Assembly (NCBI RefSeq): GCF_052425735.1 | Contig: NC_135763.1 | Coordinates: forward strand, 37,386,001-37,450,000 | From: Oculina patagonica | Lineage: Eukaryota | Direction of reading: 5' to 3' | DNA length: 64,000 nucleotides | In this document: positions 24,901-36,882 of the stretch, piece by piece | How positions within the stretch are numbered: position 1 is the first letter of the stretch | Layout: each line of letters begins with the position of its first letter | The notes under the pieces: model-generated | The model's database searches: none | What the model was told of the DNA's origin: nothing | The model's input: only the letters and a program-made list of their open reading frames with translations | Made by a program: the position numbers and the translations under genes

Positions 24901-27900
24901 CAACACAGTCACAAAAATCAATGATTAAAAATATTCTAAGCAGAAAAAAATATTTGATGCGTACAGAACACAGGACTTCAAGTTATTTGGCAACATCATC
25001 AGGAGACATGTGGGGCTTTCAACAAGACCCATCACCAGCTTAAGTTCAACCTAGCTCCCTATAAAGGGGAGATAATATTGATCAGCATTTTTGTTGCTCT
25101 CTGGAGGCCCTGCCAGGTGGGTTCCCATGTTGCTTGTCTAAATTAAAAAATGCACCATGTCGAAGTTAGCGTCACTGTCGGTAGTAAAATTGAAGGAAAA
25201 TTACATGTCCTTGTCGGAATTTAAGTTTTTCCAAAAGGGTTGTAGTTTGTCGAGATTTTATTTTATGTGCTGTGGCTACTTTTTGGGCCATGTCGCTTGT
25301 CAGAATTTACCCTGGCAGGGCCTCTCTCTGACCAGCGCCGCATAAAGACAGCCACCTAGTTCAAATCTTTTTTAAAGCCCTGGATATGTAGTTAACCACC
25401 TTGTTGGACTTTTTCAAATCTAACTGAAGAGTTCTCTTACCTCCAGCCACACTGAACAGTACACCAACTGCCTTGCATACGAGAGTTTTAAGTCGTACCA
25501 CATGAGGCACCTACAACAAGAAATGAATGCCTCAATTATGCAGCCAGCTGCCAATTCAAATTTTTTGAAAACCTGCTAAGCCATGAAGTGCTATCATGAT
25601 AATAATAGGTGTTTATTTCAAAATTAACTAGTAACCTTTACTCCATTTAAGTAACACTTGATTTCAGGAATTCCACTTCCAGCTGCTACTGGCTACAAAA
25701 AGAAAGTAAAATTATTATTGTCAGTGATTAATATTAGGGTAAGTGAAAGTGTCCTGGGAAAAATAGGGAGGAGAATATTTAGGAGAAGAGCAATAAGGTA
25801 CTGAGGAGGGAGGGTAGGGAATGTATCTTGAGGTACTGAGACGGGGGTTAGGGGCAAACATGTGCTGAGGATGAGGGTTAGGGGAGTTACCTTGGGTAGC
25901 ACAGGGAGAGGTACCCTTACCTGATGTAGTAAGGGTGGGGGAGGAGGTGGTGGTGGCAGTGGATCAGGAGGAGGTACCATGAGATACTGAGGAGGCTCAA
26001 GGTTTATGGAAACTTCCCGAGACACTAAGGGGTAGGGTTGAAATAAAAATGAGGTACATAATTATTAATTGCAAAATAACAACTTTCCCCTACCTCAATG
26101 GCACAAAGAATCCCAGCTACAAGACAGAATACGCCATTAATTGCCATCAGAATAAGAAGAGTTATGGCTAAACAACCAGAGGGTGTGCAGTTCATAAGAG
26201 CTAAACGTTCACAGTGGAAGGTGGGTTAAGGTTAATATATATCACATATCAGATTATCTATCTCATAACATCTATGTTGTGGTTACCGTATTTACTCGAA
26301 TAAGCTCCGCCCCAGAATAAGCGCCGCATTTGGGACCAAGAAGTTAATAAGCGCCGCCCCCCGAATAAGCGCCGCAGCCCCAATGAGGCGCTTATTAGAG
26401 GAATTCCGTATAACTAAAAATAGCACTACAAAGCAACTCTAAAACAGCCTTGGAAATTCCTTTTCGTCAAAAGCGATGTTGCGCAGTTCAAAGTTATTAT
26501 ATTTTACCGCTCGCCCATTATTTTTTCTATCCAAAATTCTTACAATATGTAGTTCTGTTAACATTGTGAAGGCCGTGAACTTTGTCGGGACAGCAAGCGC
26601 AAAAACTCTCCTCCATAAGAGACCATTACCCACAATCAAAAGTCCCTTGTTTTTGTTACTGTGGAAGTTTCGTCTATATTAGATTGTTAATGTGGCGTCC
26701 AATTTTTAAATAAGCGCCGCCCTCAAATAAGCGCTGCCCTCAAATAAGCGTCGCACTTGAGGCGCGGAAAATTTAATACGCGCCGCGGCGCTTATTTGAG
26801 TAAATACAGTATATGGGAGATGCAGGCCTTATGGTCAGCATGCTAGACTCGGATCAAGTGGTCCAGGTTCAGGCCCTGGCCAGGGTCATTGTGTTGTGTT
26901 CTTGGGGAAGATGGTGCCTTTCTCGACCCAGGTGTATAAATGGGTAACAGGGAACTATAATGCAGGGGGGTAACCCTGTGATGGACTAGTATCCCATCCA
27001 GGGAGGAGTAGAAATACTCTTAGTTACCCTTGGTACAATTTGGTATTAATTAAAAATATACACTGGTCAGAACAAAGGAAAATACCAAATTGTACCAAGG
27101 GTAAAATTGAACCAGCGCACACAACTTATAAACATCCCCCAACTAAAGATTGTCAACATTCTTGTTGCCTGTCTCCTTGACAGTGTTTGTATCAATTTCC
27201 AAAAAGAAAATGGCTTGCAAAAAGATACATTTGTCAATAGTGTCAAACTTCCATTTGGTTAAAAGCGTCACAAAATAATCAATAAAAACAGCAACCTGAA
27301 ATAAACATTTTACATTAATTTTTGTTAGCCATTCCATAAATATCTACAGTGTATACACAATCATCAATGTTAGAACTTCAGTTACTGTAGTGATCAGACT
27401 CAACTGAATGTGCTTGCAGATTTGTGATTCAACAGGTAGCCTTTAGGTGAATGCGAAAACTTAACAGAACGTAAAAGCTAGTAAATGTACACTAAGTAAC
27501 TCTATTCACAGTACATGTAACTACTGAGGTATCAAAACCTAAGATGAGTGCATTACATGTCAGGAAAAGTCACAAATTAAATGGCATGTGCACTTGACTA
27601 TGGTCAAGAAAGAAAGAAGCAAAGAACCTCAAGTCACATACAAATGTATGGGGCACTTACTATTACAAGAAAGTAATTTATTTTGTGAAAATTATTAATA
27701 AAAATAAATACTGCTGAGACCTATTTATATCATTGTTAATATGTAACTAACACTAGCAGCACATTATGGTTCCTTTGTTATACATCCATACTATCACTGG
27801 AATATATCACCAAACAATTAATTCATTTACTAGCCTTTTGATTGGTTGTCTTTCTGATATATGAACAACTTACCAGGCCTGTGAGTATTCCAATTGCACC

Positions 27901-29929
27901 TGTCACTAACCATCTGACAACTTCCTGTCCCCATAGTGACTATCATCGTAAGAAAACACATAAGGTCGTGATAAAATCACAAAATATGATTGGTCGAATG
28001 AGTTACTTGGCAATTCTTAGTAACATTCAATGTGTGGTTCCAGAAAATATCCATACCCCCACCACGGAGGGTATTTCACGTAAGACCCCCCACCTCTCTG
28101 GAATTTCCGTTTTTGTTAAGAAAAATAAACCCCCCCCACCCCTCCGGAATTTCCAAAAGTATATTGCGTACCCCCCAGCCCCTCTGGAAAAAAAAAGATA
28201 AATTGTACAATGCTCTAAATTTTAGGCCACCTCTCTTGTAAACAGTTACAGTGTATAACTGATCGATCGGAACGGGAAGATATGTTAGAACGATACATAC
28301 GTTACATGTACTGCTGAAGACAAAATAAGAAATTTCCTCAAAAGTAAACAAACAAAATATCTGGTAGTCACTTGTCAAATTACCTTGTTGTATAACCATC
28401 CATCCCTTTTCATTCCAATCGCTTTAGAAAACCGCTATTAAAATGTATCAGAACACGGATTTGAAGTGTTGATATAAACCATAAACATTCAGCGTAAACG
28501 CGATCGCAAAATCGCTAATGCTCGCTGAGAAAGCAAAATTTAACAGGAAAATTACAAACAAATAGCCAGAAATAACAAAACCATGTTAATCTCGAGTTTC
28601 TGACATCATTACACTATTTTCATCTATTCACTATTTTTGTGAAACTTTTCACAAACAAGGACGATTTTCCTTCGATCGAACGTGAAACAAGCAACCCTTG
28701 ACACCAGTGCCTTTCGGTCAAACCACGTGACAAGTTTCGGGGGACTGGTAACAAGTAATGGCGGACGAACGAACATGGAGGATTTCAGTGAAATTATTTG
28801 CTTTCAGTGTGCTTTCAGGAGAAAGAAAACCCGTTTTAAATGTAAAGCGATTGTGAATCAAGAACCCAGAGTGCTATTTTTGCTATGTAAAACACTTGTA
28901 GAGTAGGTAAGAAACGATTTTTGAAACTAGTTTGCACTGCATCAAACTTGACCGTCTGGAAACATAATTCCACTGGCAACCCCCCTCCTCTTCGGAATTT
29001 CCTGGGCCCTTGACCCCCCCACCCCCCTGGAATTTCCAATTTCCTCCGTGGTGGGGGTATGGATATTTTCTGGAACCACACAATCATAGGGGGTGGGCAA
29101 ATTAATTTTGTTTGCCAATATCTCAAATGCTAGATATCAGGTATTTTAATTGTTCATCGCCATGAATAATTAACCCATATTAAACCATATTTACTTGCTG
29201 TTAAATCCCCAGTTTCATCGGTTTAAGGCACACTCCAGAACTTTACATTGCTAGCTATATACCATACACACTATGGCAAGCAGCATTTTGATGTTTTCTC
29301 GAACCACTACGGTAATTAAAAGAACACATTTATTTTTTTTAGTTTATTTATTTTCAATTTAATACATGAATCTACCTTTTTGTCTCTTGATGCAAGCATC
29401 TGTGAAAAAGGTTTGTTGTAGCAGACATCATAATCAAGGCTCTGTTGAAGAACAATAACATTGCAGATTCTCAAAATACAACTTGAAGAACAGAAACGTC
29501 ATTAATCTCTTGCAAATGGCAGAGAACAAGTTTGTTCAATAATACTGAATGCAATCTTTATTTGGATGAAATATAGGTACCTTATATATACCTTAGGGAT
29601 CTTAATGCTATAAGAGTCAAGAAGAATTTAACAGTATTATTAATTGTAAAATTCATTAATAATGCATGAGGGTGCAAACCAATCCCAGCACAGTATCAGA
29701 TCACATGTACACAACTGTAAACCCCAATACAAATCAGACAAAAGAATTAACTTTTGATACAAACTCCTGCTCAGCTAATTAGTATTCATTAACTTTTGAT
29801 ACAGATCTCTACTGATTCGCATAACAATACTTTACATTCAATTTATTGTTTTCATTTCACAAGTAGAATAAAATTTCGTGTCCGATCTGTATGGCCGTTA
29901 CAATGGCTCGCCTAGCGGCTCGCCATTGT

Positions 29930-29972
<43 letters not shown>

Positions 29973-32582
29973 AAAAATTGAAATGTAACCAGGATAAGAC
30001 ATATTAAAAATGTAAAAAGCGTTCTCTGGTTTAAAAAGTTAATTAAGAAAAAATATAAGCTTTGGCTATTTTACTATATCCTTTAACGAATGTAAAAAGA
30101 GAGTCATATTTCCAATCACGCGCTTACTCTCTTTTTTTCATTCGTTAAAGGCTATAGTAAAATAGCAGAAAGCTTATATTTTTTCTTAAATTTTTTAAAC
30201 CAGAGAACGGTTTTTACATTTTTAATAAGTATTATTAATAACAGCTCAATGTCTAGCTAGTACCTCATAGTCTTTACTTGGAAGGTTAGATCTTGCATGA
30301 GAATGTCCCTCAGTATGAAGCTCTATCTGCTTGATGAAAAATCAACCTTTAATGTTCTGACCAGTAACTGTATCAGTATTGTATAATATTATAATTTTCC
30401 TGTACGGCGCTGAGATGTGGAGGATTACATTAACAGATATCGAGCAGCTAGACGTTTTCCACCGAAAATGTCTAAGAAGAATCCTCTGAATATTCTGGCC
30501 ACACACCATCTCTAACTGTGATCTCTTTGAAAGAACTAAGCAGAGACCCATCTCAGAAACCGTGAAGGTCAGGCGATGGAGATGGATAGGTCATATCTTG
30601 AGGAGGGAAAAAGACAACAATTGCCGAGTTGCTCTCACCTGGACCCCTGAAGGCAAGAGAAAGCGAGGAAGACCCAAGATTTCGTGGAGAAGAACTGTGG
30701 AAGGTGAGCGTAAAGACCTGGGCTGGGCTAGCTGGAATGAGGTGAAACAGCGAGCAAAAGACCGTGAAGGATGGAGGACGTTTCTGGGTAGCCTTATGCT
30801 CCAGTCAGAGGAGCAAAGAGGATGAATGAATGAATAAATGATAATATTATACTCTGATGGTTATAAACACACTGGAATCCTGCAAGTGGTCTGGGTTTGA
30901 GTGCTGATCCAGGTCACTGTCATGTGTTCTTGGGCAACTAAGTTAATTTTCTGACTCTCACAGTGCCCCTCCCCACCCAGGAGTATAGCTGGAGGCAAAT
31001 GAGGAGAAGCAACAATCCAGTAGCTTTGTATTATCATGGAAAGCAGTAAAGGTTCATGGCAATGCTGGCCAGTTTGGCTTGAGTGAAGATTTTATTACCT
31101 TTTTTTACCTTGCACTGAGCTGAGGGTGACATGTAAAGGCTTTAGGGTTTTGTAGGGTTTTTGTAACTTTAAGATCTAGAGATGCAAAAGACTATAGGAG
31201 ACAACTGTCTTGTGAAACAGAGGATTAGTACAAGAGAAAAATGGATAAGGAACTAGAGTGAAGCTTAATTCAGGGGAAGATGATAAGTGGGATGAAACAA
31301 AGATGGGGTACATGTATATGAATGCGAAAAAAATCTGTGTGTGTAAAACAGGAACACAAACCAGTCTTTGCCACTATCTGCACCCTTATTTGCAGGTCAA
31401 TTCTACATGTAAAATTAAATCTTATCATTGTCTACCTAATATCACTGCCTTGGTAGTCAGTGGCTTTTCACCAGACTCACCTCAATAATAACATTGCTAT
31501 CTTAGGTCCTATTTACATGAAAAGACTTGATGATCCTTATAATGCTAGGATTATCCTAGCACTAGGATCATTTGAGCACAACATGTTTTCAGCTTTCAGT
31601 ATATAAATGAACGGTTGCATTTGACCCTAGGGAGTGCTAGGATCATCCTTATCCCATCTGAGAGGCAGGGTTTTCAAAACAAGCTGGTGACTGCCAGAGT
31701 TCCACCAGCTACTTGATTAAATGTCACCGGTTACTCTGGTTTTAGCAAATTATCAGTCGGCTTGTGACAACAACCTACTCTTTCAGTTGCCGATGCCTAC
31801 TCTGAAAACATTTTGAAACCCGTAGAGAGGCAGGATGAATTTTATGCAAGGATGATCCTAGCGCTAGAGCCAAATGCAGCCATTCACGTGTAAACTGCAG
31901 TGAAAAGCTGATAAACATGTCATGCTCAGACGATCCTTGTGCTAGGTCCTCTTTCTATGTAAATAGGGTATCAGCCTAGTCCACAGCCGTTCTCGGCACA
32001 GAAGCAGTCTGGACTTTACTGTAAGTGGTGATGTCACTACATTTGCCAAGAACAGCCCTCTCTCATTCACCTCATCCCTGGCTTTTTGACGATATTCAAA
32101 CAAGGACAATGCCTGCAGAGTAAGCTGACGAGACATATTTTAGTCGAGACCCTGTTTGGGACTCACAAGACAATGATGACGTTCTTGTTCGCTTTTTCTT
32201 CCATTAAATAATGTTTATTTCAATTTTGGTAATGACCATGAGAGGGCAGGGGAGATCAGGTCTGTAACAAGTCACTTGGGACAGATCAGATATGTCGATC
32301 TCCCCAAGGATCTTTGATCTCCCCTGCCCTCTCATTCAAGAAGTCTCTTCGGTAAAAAGTGAAAGTAGCATTTTCTGAATTCATTGTCCTGATTTTGAAA
32401 CCATGACATTTTTGACATCGATCTCAAGCATTTCCTGAACAACTTAAGCGTTCTTGAGCTCATATTAGAGTTTAATAGAGTTTAAGTTTTTAATATAACC
32501 ATATCGAATGAAATTATAGGATGTAATTCCCACTCACCAGTTCTGAGCCTTCAGTAAAACGCAGCCTTTGTTGTTCTTCCAT
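15910..32582 (-). CDS. CLCN6: H+/Cl- exchange transporter ClC-6 (884 aa, 24 exons)
   Basis: Exons 32582-32538, 30326-30264, 29441-29376, 27939-27874, 27295-27229, 26200-26094, 25692-25636, 25510-25441, 24876-24809, 24519-24461, 23836-23790, 23661-23576, 23435-23322, 22736-22570, 21889-21799, 21335-21215, 20751-20601, 20254-20095, 19106-19000, 18845-18388, 17990-17818, 17007-16900, 16467-16342 and 15987-15910; 2655 nt in frame. Motifs KDYESLDYD, GSGIPE, GKEGP (gating Glu), [16 protein letters not shown] (proton Glu), GLFVP, YPHTRI, and CBS segments [16 protein letters not shown] and FRTMGLRHL match ClC-6. The start exon is the least certain part. Confidence 0.95.
17190..17268 (-). mobile_element. 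tRNA-like head of a tRNA-derived repeat/SINE (probably not a functional tRNA)
   Basis: GAGTCTCTCGTAGCTCAGTTGGTTAGAGCGCCCAACCGGTATCTGGGAGGCCATGGGTTCGATTCCCATTGGGGACTCA followed by GATTTTTT. A and B boxes are intact, but the anticodon arm is mismatched and has no U33. Confidence 0.7.
17515..17772 (-). mobile_element. tRNA-derived SINE with a CORE/Meta-like central domain
   Basis: Minus strand reads ...GGTTCAAGGCCTGGCTGGGTCACTGTGTTGTGTTTTTGGTCAAACCTCTTACTCTCATAGTGCCTCTCTCCACCCAGGTGTATAATTGGGTACC.... Same family as 26815-27025. Confidence 0.75.
20372..20493. mobile_element. Short MITE with CAG...CTG ends and a 9-bp TSD
   Basis: GAGCAAAAC at 20363-20371 and 20494-20502 flanks CAGCCTGGCCCC...GGGACTAGGCTG. 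Confidence 0.8.
24226..24283 (-). pseudogene. Decayed duplicate of CLCN6 exon 10 (pseudo-exon)
   Basis: 58 nt bounded by TTAG and GT. Its 3' half reads FDYPFF*TDR against [10 protein letters not shown] in the real 59-nt exon at 24519-24461. Confidence 0.8.
26286..26809. mobile_element. Tc1/mariner-type MITE
   Basis: TIR CCGTATTTACTCGAATAAG / CTTATTTGAGTAAATACAG with TA flanks and internal AATAAGCGCCGC repeats. Related end fragments at about 49435-49536 and 790-830. Confidence 0.85.
26815..27025 (+). mobile_element. tRNA-derived SINE with a CORE/Meta-like domain
   Basis: GGCCTTATGGTCAGCATGCTAGACTC...GGTTCAGGCCCTGGCCAGGGTCATTGTGTTGTGTTCTTGGG...CCCAGGTGTATAAATGGGTA...GGACTAGTATCCCATCCAGGGAGGAGTAGAAATACTC. 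Further degraded copies at about 30880-30990, 37870-38050, 47520-47640, 54200-54310 and 59760-59880. Confidence 0.75.
28032..29081. mobile_element. ~1-kb non-autonomous DNA transposon with an AAT TSD
   Basis: TIR GTGTGGTTCCAGAAAATATCCATACCCCCACCACGGAGG at both ends, with AAT at 28029-28031 and 29082-29084. A short family member lies at about 52429-52615. Confidence 0.85.
30003..30226. repeat. Long near-perfect inverted repeat (foldback, ~100-bp arms)
   Basis: AAAAATGTAAAAAGCGTTCTCTGGTTTAAAAA...AAGAGAGT is mirrored by ACTCTCTTT...TTTTTAAACCAGAGAACGGTTTTTACATTTTT. Confidence 0.85.
30394..30840 (+). mobile_element. 5'-truncated RTE-like LINE (RT C-terminal region)
   Basis: Translates [11 protein letters not shown]...[19 protein letters not shown]...RWIGHILRR...[19 protein letters not shown]. 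It has a (TGAA)n tail and an 11-bp TSD ATAATATTATA at 30383-30393 and 30841-30851. Confidence 0.85.
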
Positions 32583-34843
32583 GTTGATTGCACCGTTTTA
32601 TAAATGGCAATTGAACGGCAAAGAGAATAGCCAACAGATGTAAGGTTCTCTGCAGCTCTTTTCTCATGAAAAAGCTCAAACTTTGCCTTTTTCTAGAACA
32701 TTTCCTTCAGCAAACCGCTTGGTGGCTGTCATCGATGGTTCGAACCACAGAATTTCCGAACCACACACTCCCCACACAGGTCACAGAGAGAGTAGATTGG
32801 GTACCAATTATCGAGATCGACAACAAGGATAAATGGCGCGAATTACTTCTGCAGCTTCTATAAATGGCGCGCTAAAAAAGCATACCTCTGATGGTGTGGA
32901 AAATACAGCAGATTCGCAGTTAAAATATGAATTAGAAATAGAAAAAGAAAACCTCCGGAACCTGAATCCCGGGGAAGTTAATCACCATGCCAGAGGGGGT
33001 AGGGGAGGGTAAATGGGGATATGAGATCTCAGAGCCAGCACAGTTGACCAGACTTGGCCCAACTGAAGGTCTTGAAGAGAAATGAGCCTTATCTCCATCT
33101 GTGGTTGTCCATCGGGTGGATAACACTATCCTGGCACTGTTAAATCACTATCCGGTGGATAATTTTTCCCACCCGTCCCCCACCCCCTACTTTTAAATCC
33201 CTCCTTACTCCAGTAACATTGCGATAATCCGTTGCAGCCTGGGTACGAATTTATTGTGAGAGTGCTTCTTCATGCATCCGATCCATCCGGCATGTGAAAA
33301 AAAATTTGTTTGGCGACAATTTTTGCTTCCCTGCCAAGTTTTCTTTGTGACCGGCTCGTGATGCTGTAGACGAAAGGTAAGAATTATTATTTTTGTGTTT
33401 CATGAAATGGTTGATTCCTTTCCGTTGCCTTCGCCGCGTTGCAGCTGGCGAGTTCTTTTCATTGAGCTCACTTCGTTGTTCCTCTGTGTTTACTTTTTTA
33501 TCACAGTCATTTCCATGATAATTTTGCCAATTTTCGATGTATTTTTCCCAACGTGAAACTTCAGATAATCCCCTAAAGATTATTTGAATATTTCTCCAAA
33601 GCCTAAACTTGACGATTTTTAATTTTGTGATCGTGGGAAGGTATTTGATCTCGTCTTCCATTGAACACAGATCTTGATGCGAGCTGTTTCTTTGTTTGAT
33701 TGCGTGTGCGGAAGTCTTTACATTTTCAGCAGAATGATAGTCGATCGGTCTAAATATCTGTCAACGTTGTGGCAAAAATTATCCACTGAAGTTTTTCAGC
33801 GTTCACTTTTGATTAATTGTTAATAAATTTTTTTTTCTATTGTACAATTTTCATTTATCGCAACTCAATGTTTATAAGCTATTAGTGAACTAAAATGTGC
33901 AATTTCGAATGGAAGACTAGTTACTTATAAAAACTACCATGTTGAAGGTTTTATGTTTATTACTTTAAACTAATATTTTTATTGAAGCTTTCCAGCCGTT
34001 GTTGCATTGTTTTTTTTGGTATGGCACTCAAAAGAAATATATTAAATGGTGCAGTGCCCAAATTGTATATGCTAAAATCCTAAATATAATAAAAACAACC
34101 TGGAATACTGGTATTAACATGAATTGGACATATATATTTGCATTTCTACATATAATAACACCCATTTTGCTAGTTTTGATTGTAGCTGAATCTGTATGGA
34201 TTTAAAAAAACTGCAAGTTTATAACAAAAGGTGTCAGTTTTACTTGTATGTGATAAATCTCACTCTTTTGTCTCAAGTGAAAATATAAGACATTAAAGTG
34301 CGAAAGATGTCATGGACTTGTACAAAGCTGTCTCTTAGAATATTGTGGGTGCCCAAAGGCTCTGTCGAACGGTGCCCAGCCAAAGCTGAAGAAAGACGCA
34401 GCCCAGCAAAGTAAGTCGCTTGAGGCACCGGGCCGCCAGAGCACAGCCTGCTTGTATACAAATGTCGAAAATACATTTAGGGTTTAATTGTGCGAAATAT
34501 AGCAATTTTTGTAGCAGTTCAGGTCTTGAAAAAAGTCCAGCTTGCCCTTAAGACAAGGGGTTGCTTGCCCAGGAAGTTGCATGGTTGTCATAGTTTACTG
34601 TTTTTTTATCAGACGACTTGCCTGGGCCCTTGACCATTGAGCAAGTGAGCATAAGAAGTCACTTGCCCAACAGAAAAATCTATATGTCTCAGATGACCAG
34701 ATGGCACTTTTTTCAAGCCCTACCTATGTGACTATAGATACATTTATTTAACAAAGGTACAACAACAAACTGCTCCTATCCTCAATAAGTACATAATTTA
34801 TTATTTATTTTCCAGATCCTGTGCTAGTAGGTCGCCCCATAAG

Positions 34844-36882
34844 ATGGCTTCTGCTGAAGAAAGTGCCAGCAAATCAGAGACGAAACAGTTACCATCTACA
34901 TTTGTACACAAAGTCAAAGTTGTGTCACCATTCATCTCTGATTCTGGAACCTCGTCATCCCAAGACAACGAGGATCAACAGGTTAGTTTATACAGTTGTA
35001 CCACTCCTTACAGACATCTCAGTCACGCACACCTCCCTATATATTACACAACGTATCTGGTCACCTGGCCACCAGGGAGTCACTATGCTATAAACTGGAC
35101 ATATTCCTCTCTATTCCTCTCTGGACAAATTCTTACTTGATATACCTCTCATAACAGACATCTCAGTCTATAGCACAGACACCTCCCTATATTATTACGC
35201 AACGTTTCTGGTCACCCGGCTACCAGGGAATCATTATGCTAATGAACTTGCGACCAAGAGATAGCCCGCAGTGGAGGTGTTTCCGTGGTCGGGCGAGTGA
35301 TTAGTATTAGCTCGGGATCAAGTAGATTCGCCACCATGTTGGATAAAGGCAGAGAGAGGTTTGGAAGCCAGAAAAATCACCTGAGAGGGGGGTGGTGGCG
35401 CGAAGGGCCGCAACAAGTTGTTTCCTCTCTCCTCAGTCCTCTCTCGAGTATGAAACCAAGATGTCACTTGCCCGATCAAAATGGGTCAGTTCAGACTACC
35501 AAGAGGTTAGACCACTGCCAAGTGATTTCTCCACTGGCTATTCTAGGTTTTTTTTGACTAACCATTGTCTAAGTCTTGTCTTAAGAGTGTGTGAAAAGGG
35601 TGAAGCATGAGAAAAGATAGGCCAAAGAGAGCAAAGCTAAGTACAAATGTGACCTTCTCTTGGTGGAAATTTGTTGGTGGCATTGGTGGATATAAGCATG
35701 GAAAAGTATTATTGGTAGATAACGTTTAGAAGAGAAAATTAAGCTTGATTCTGCTTTGTTGACTAGGCACCACAGACCAGTCTTGCCAGAAGACAGCAAC
35801 GACAGCAGCGAGTTTACAACATGATGAAAGACCTTCAGCAGAAGCATTTAGCTACAATAATGCAAGGCAAAATAAGCGATCAGGAAAATTCTGATATGTC
35901 TGAGTCCCAAAGCATTTGCCGGATATGTCACTCCTCAGGGGAAGAGGTCCTCATAACGCCGTGCCACTGTTCTGGCTCTGCAAAGCATGTTCATGCATCT
36001 TGTCTGTTAACTTGGTTCAAAAAAGAAGTGAAAAATACCTGTGAACTGTGTCGACATAAAGTTAATATCAAGAAAAAGGGAAGGCCATATGCTGAGGTAC
36101 CAGTAGTTCATTATCTTTGTTTTGGTTAAAAACACTAAAGGTAGAGACTGTTTGTTTCAATCCCAGGAGTCTGCAGAGACGCCAGATGTTTATAGTTGTA
36201 TCTGAAGCATAAAATTAAATTAAATTAATTATTGCTCATCTCCCTAGATGAGAAACTTGTCCATTGCCTTCCCTTCCCCCCCCCTCCCTGCAGTATTCGC
36301 TGGTTTGCCGTTCCCATAATACATCTTGTTTACTCCCCAAAATTTTGGCATAAGCTTTGTTTTCAATTTCTCTTGGGATTTACAGTGACCTACAATCGTC
36401 CAAAGAGAAATTGAAAACAACGCTTATGAAAAAATTGTGGGGGGTAAACAAAGTGTATTATGGGATCGTGAAAAAAGCGAAATTATACACATTGATTGAG
36501 GGAGGCACTAGTTGACTAACAAACTTTTCTTGTTCACTTTTAGTGGCGCAAACCAGAAGACAAGCCTACTCCTCTGATCTGGTTTACTGTTTTTGTTGTT
36601 GGACTTTTTCTTAATGTGTTCTCTATCTCCGTGAGTGCTTCTGAACTGTGCATCTCAACAGCATGTGTAATTTTTTACGTGGTCAATGGATTTGGGATAA
36701 TTCTTGACGCTGCCCTTCTATATTGCTGGTGGACAAAATGCCTGTTTTATTGGAGAAAGTGGTGTGCTTTAAACCAGGATTGGTCCATTGTGGTTGGCCC
36801 TGGGCAAACAGCTGGGCAGCAGCTACACAGCCGAGAGGAGAGAAGCAGTGGACGGACTATACAAATGTCTCACATAGTATGA
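34844..36882 (+). CDS. MARCH-family RING-CH E3 ubiquitin ligase (268 aa, 3 coding exons, 2 TM segments)
   Basis: Exons 34844-34981, 35767-36096 and 36544-36882, all phase 0. RING-CH CRICHSSGEEVLITPCHCSGSAKHVHASCLLTWFKKEVKNTCELC is followed by two hydrophobic helices and WRKWCALNQ. An acceptor TTTCCAG ending at 34815 implies an upstream non-coding exon. Confidence 0.88.
36305..36480. mobile_element. Foldback MITE (second copy at about 55130-55300)
   Basis: TCCCATAATACATCTTGTTTAC...GTAAACAAAGTGTATTATGGGA arms with an inner TTTCAATTTCTCTT/AAGAGAAATTGAAA palindrome. Confidence 0.7.

Larger units (their letters stand above)
26201..27228 (-). other. U12-type (minor spliceosome) GT-AG intron of CLCN6 (intron 5)
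   Basis: Donor GTATCTTT, branch point CCTTAAC at 26231-26225, and no strong polypyrimidine tract before the AG at 26202-26201. Confidence 0.8.

Noticed and set aside
25693-26025. 110-aa proline-rich ORF
   Set aside because: Lies in CLCN6 intron 6 and comes from a degenerate GA/G-rich simple repeat (GGTACTGAG units); the flanking exons join in frame without it.
34990-35245. ~80-bp direct repeat pair in MARCH intron 1 as a possible regulatory duplication
   Set aside because: The CAGACATCTC/CACCTCCCTAT units after a TACAGT start look like a decayed mariner-type MITE.
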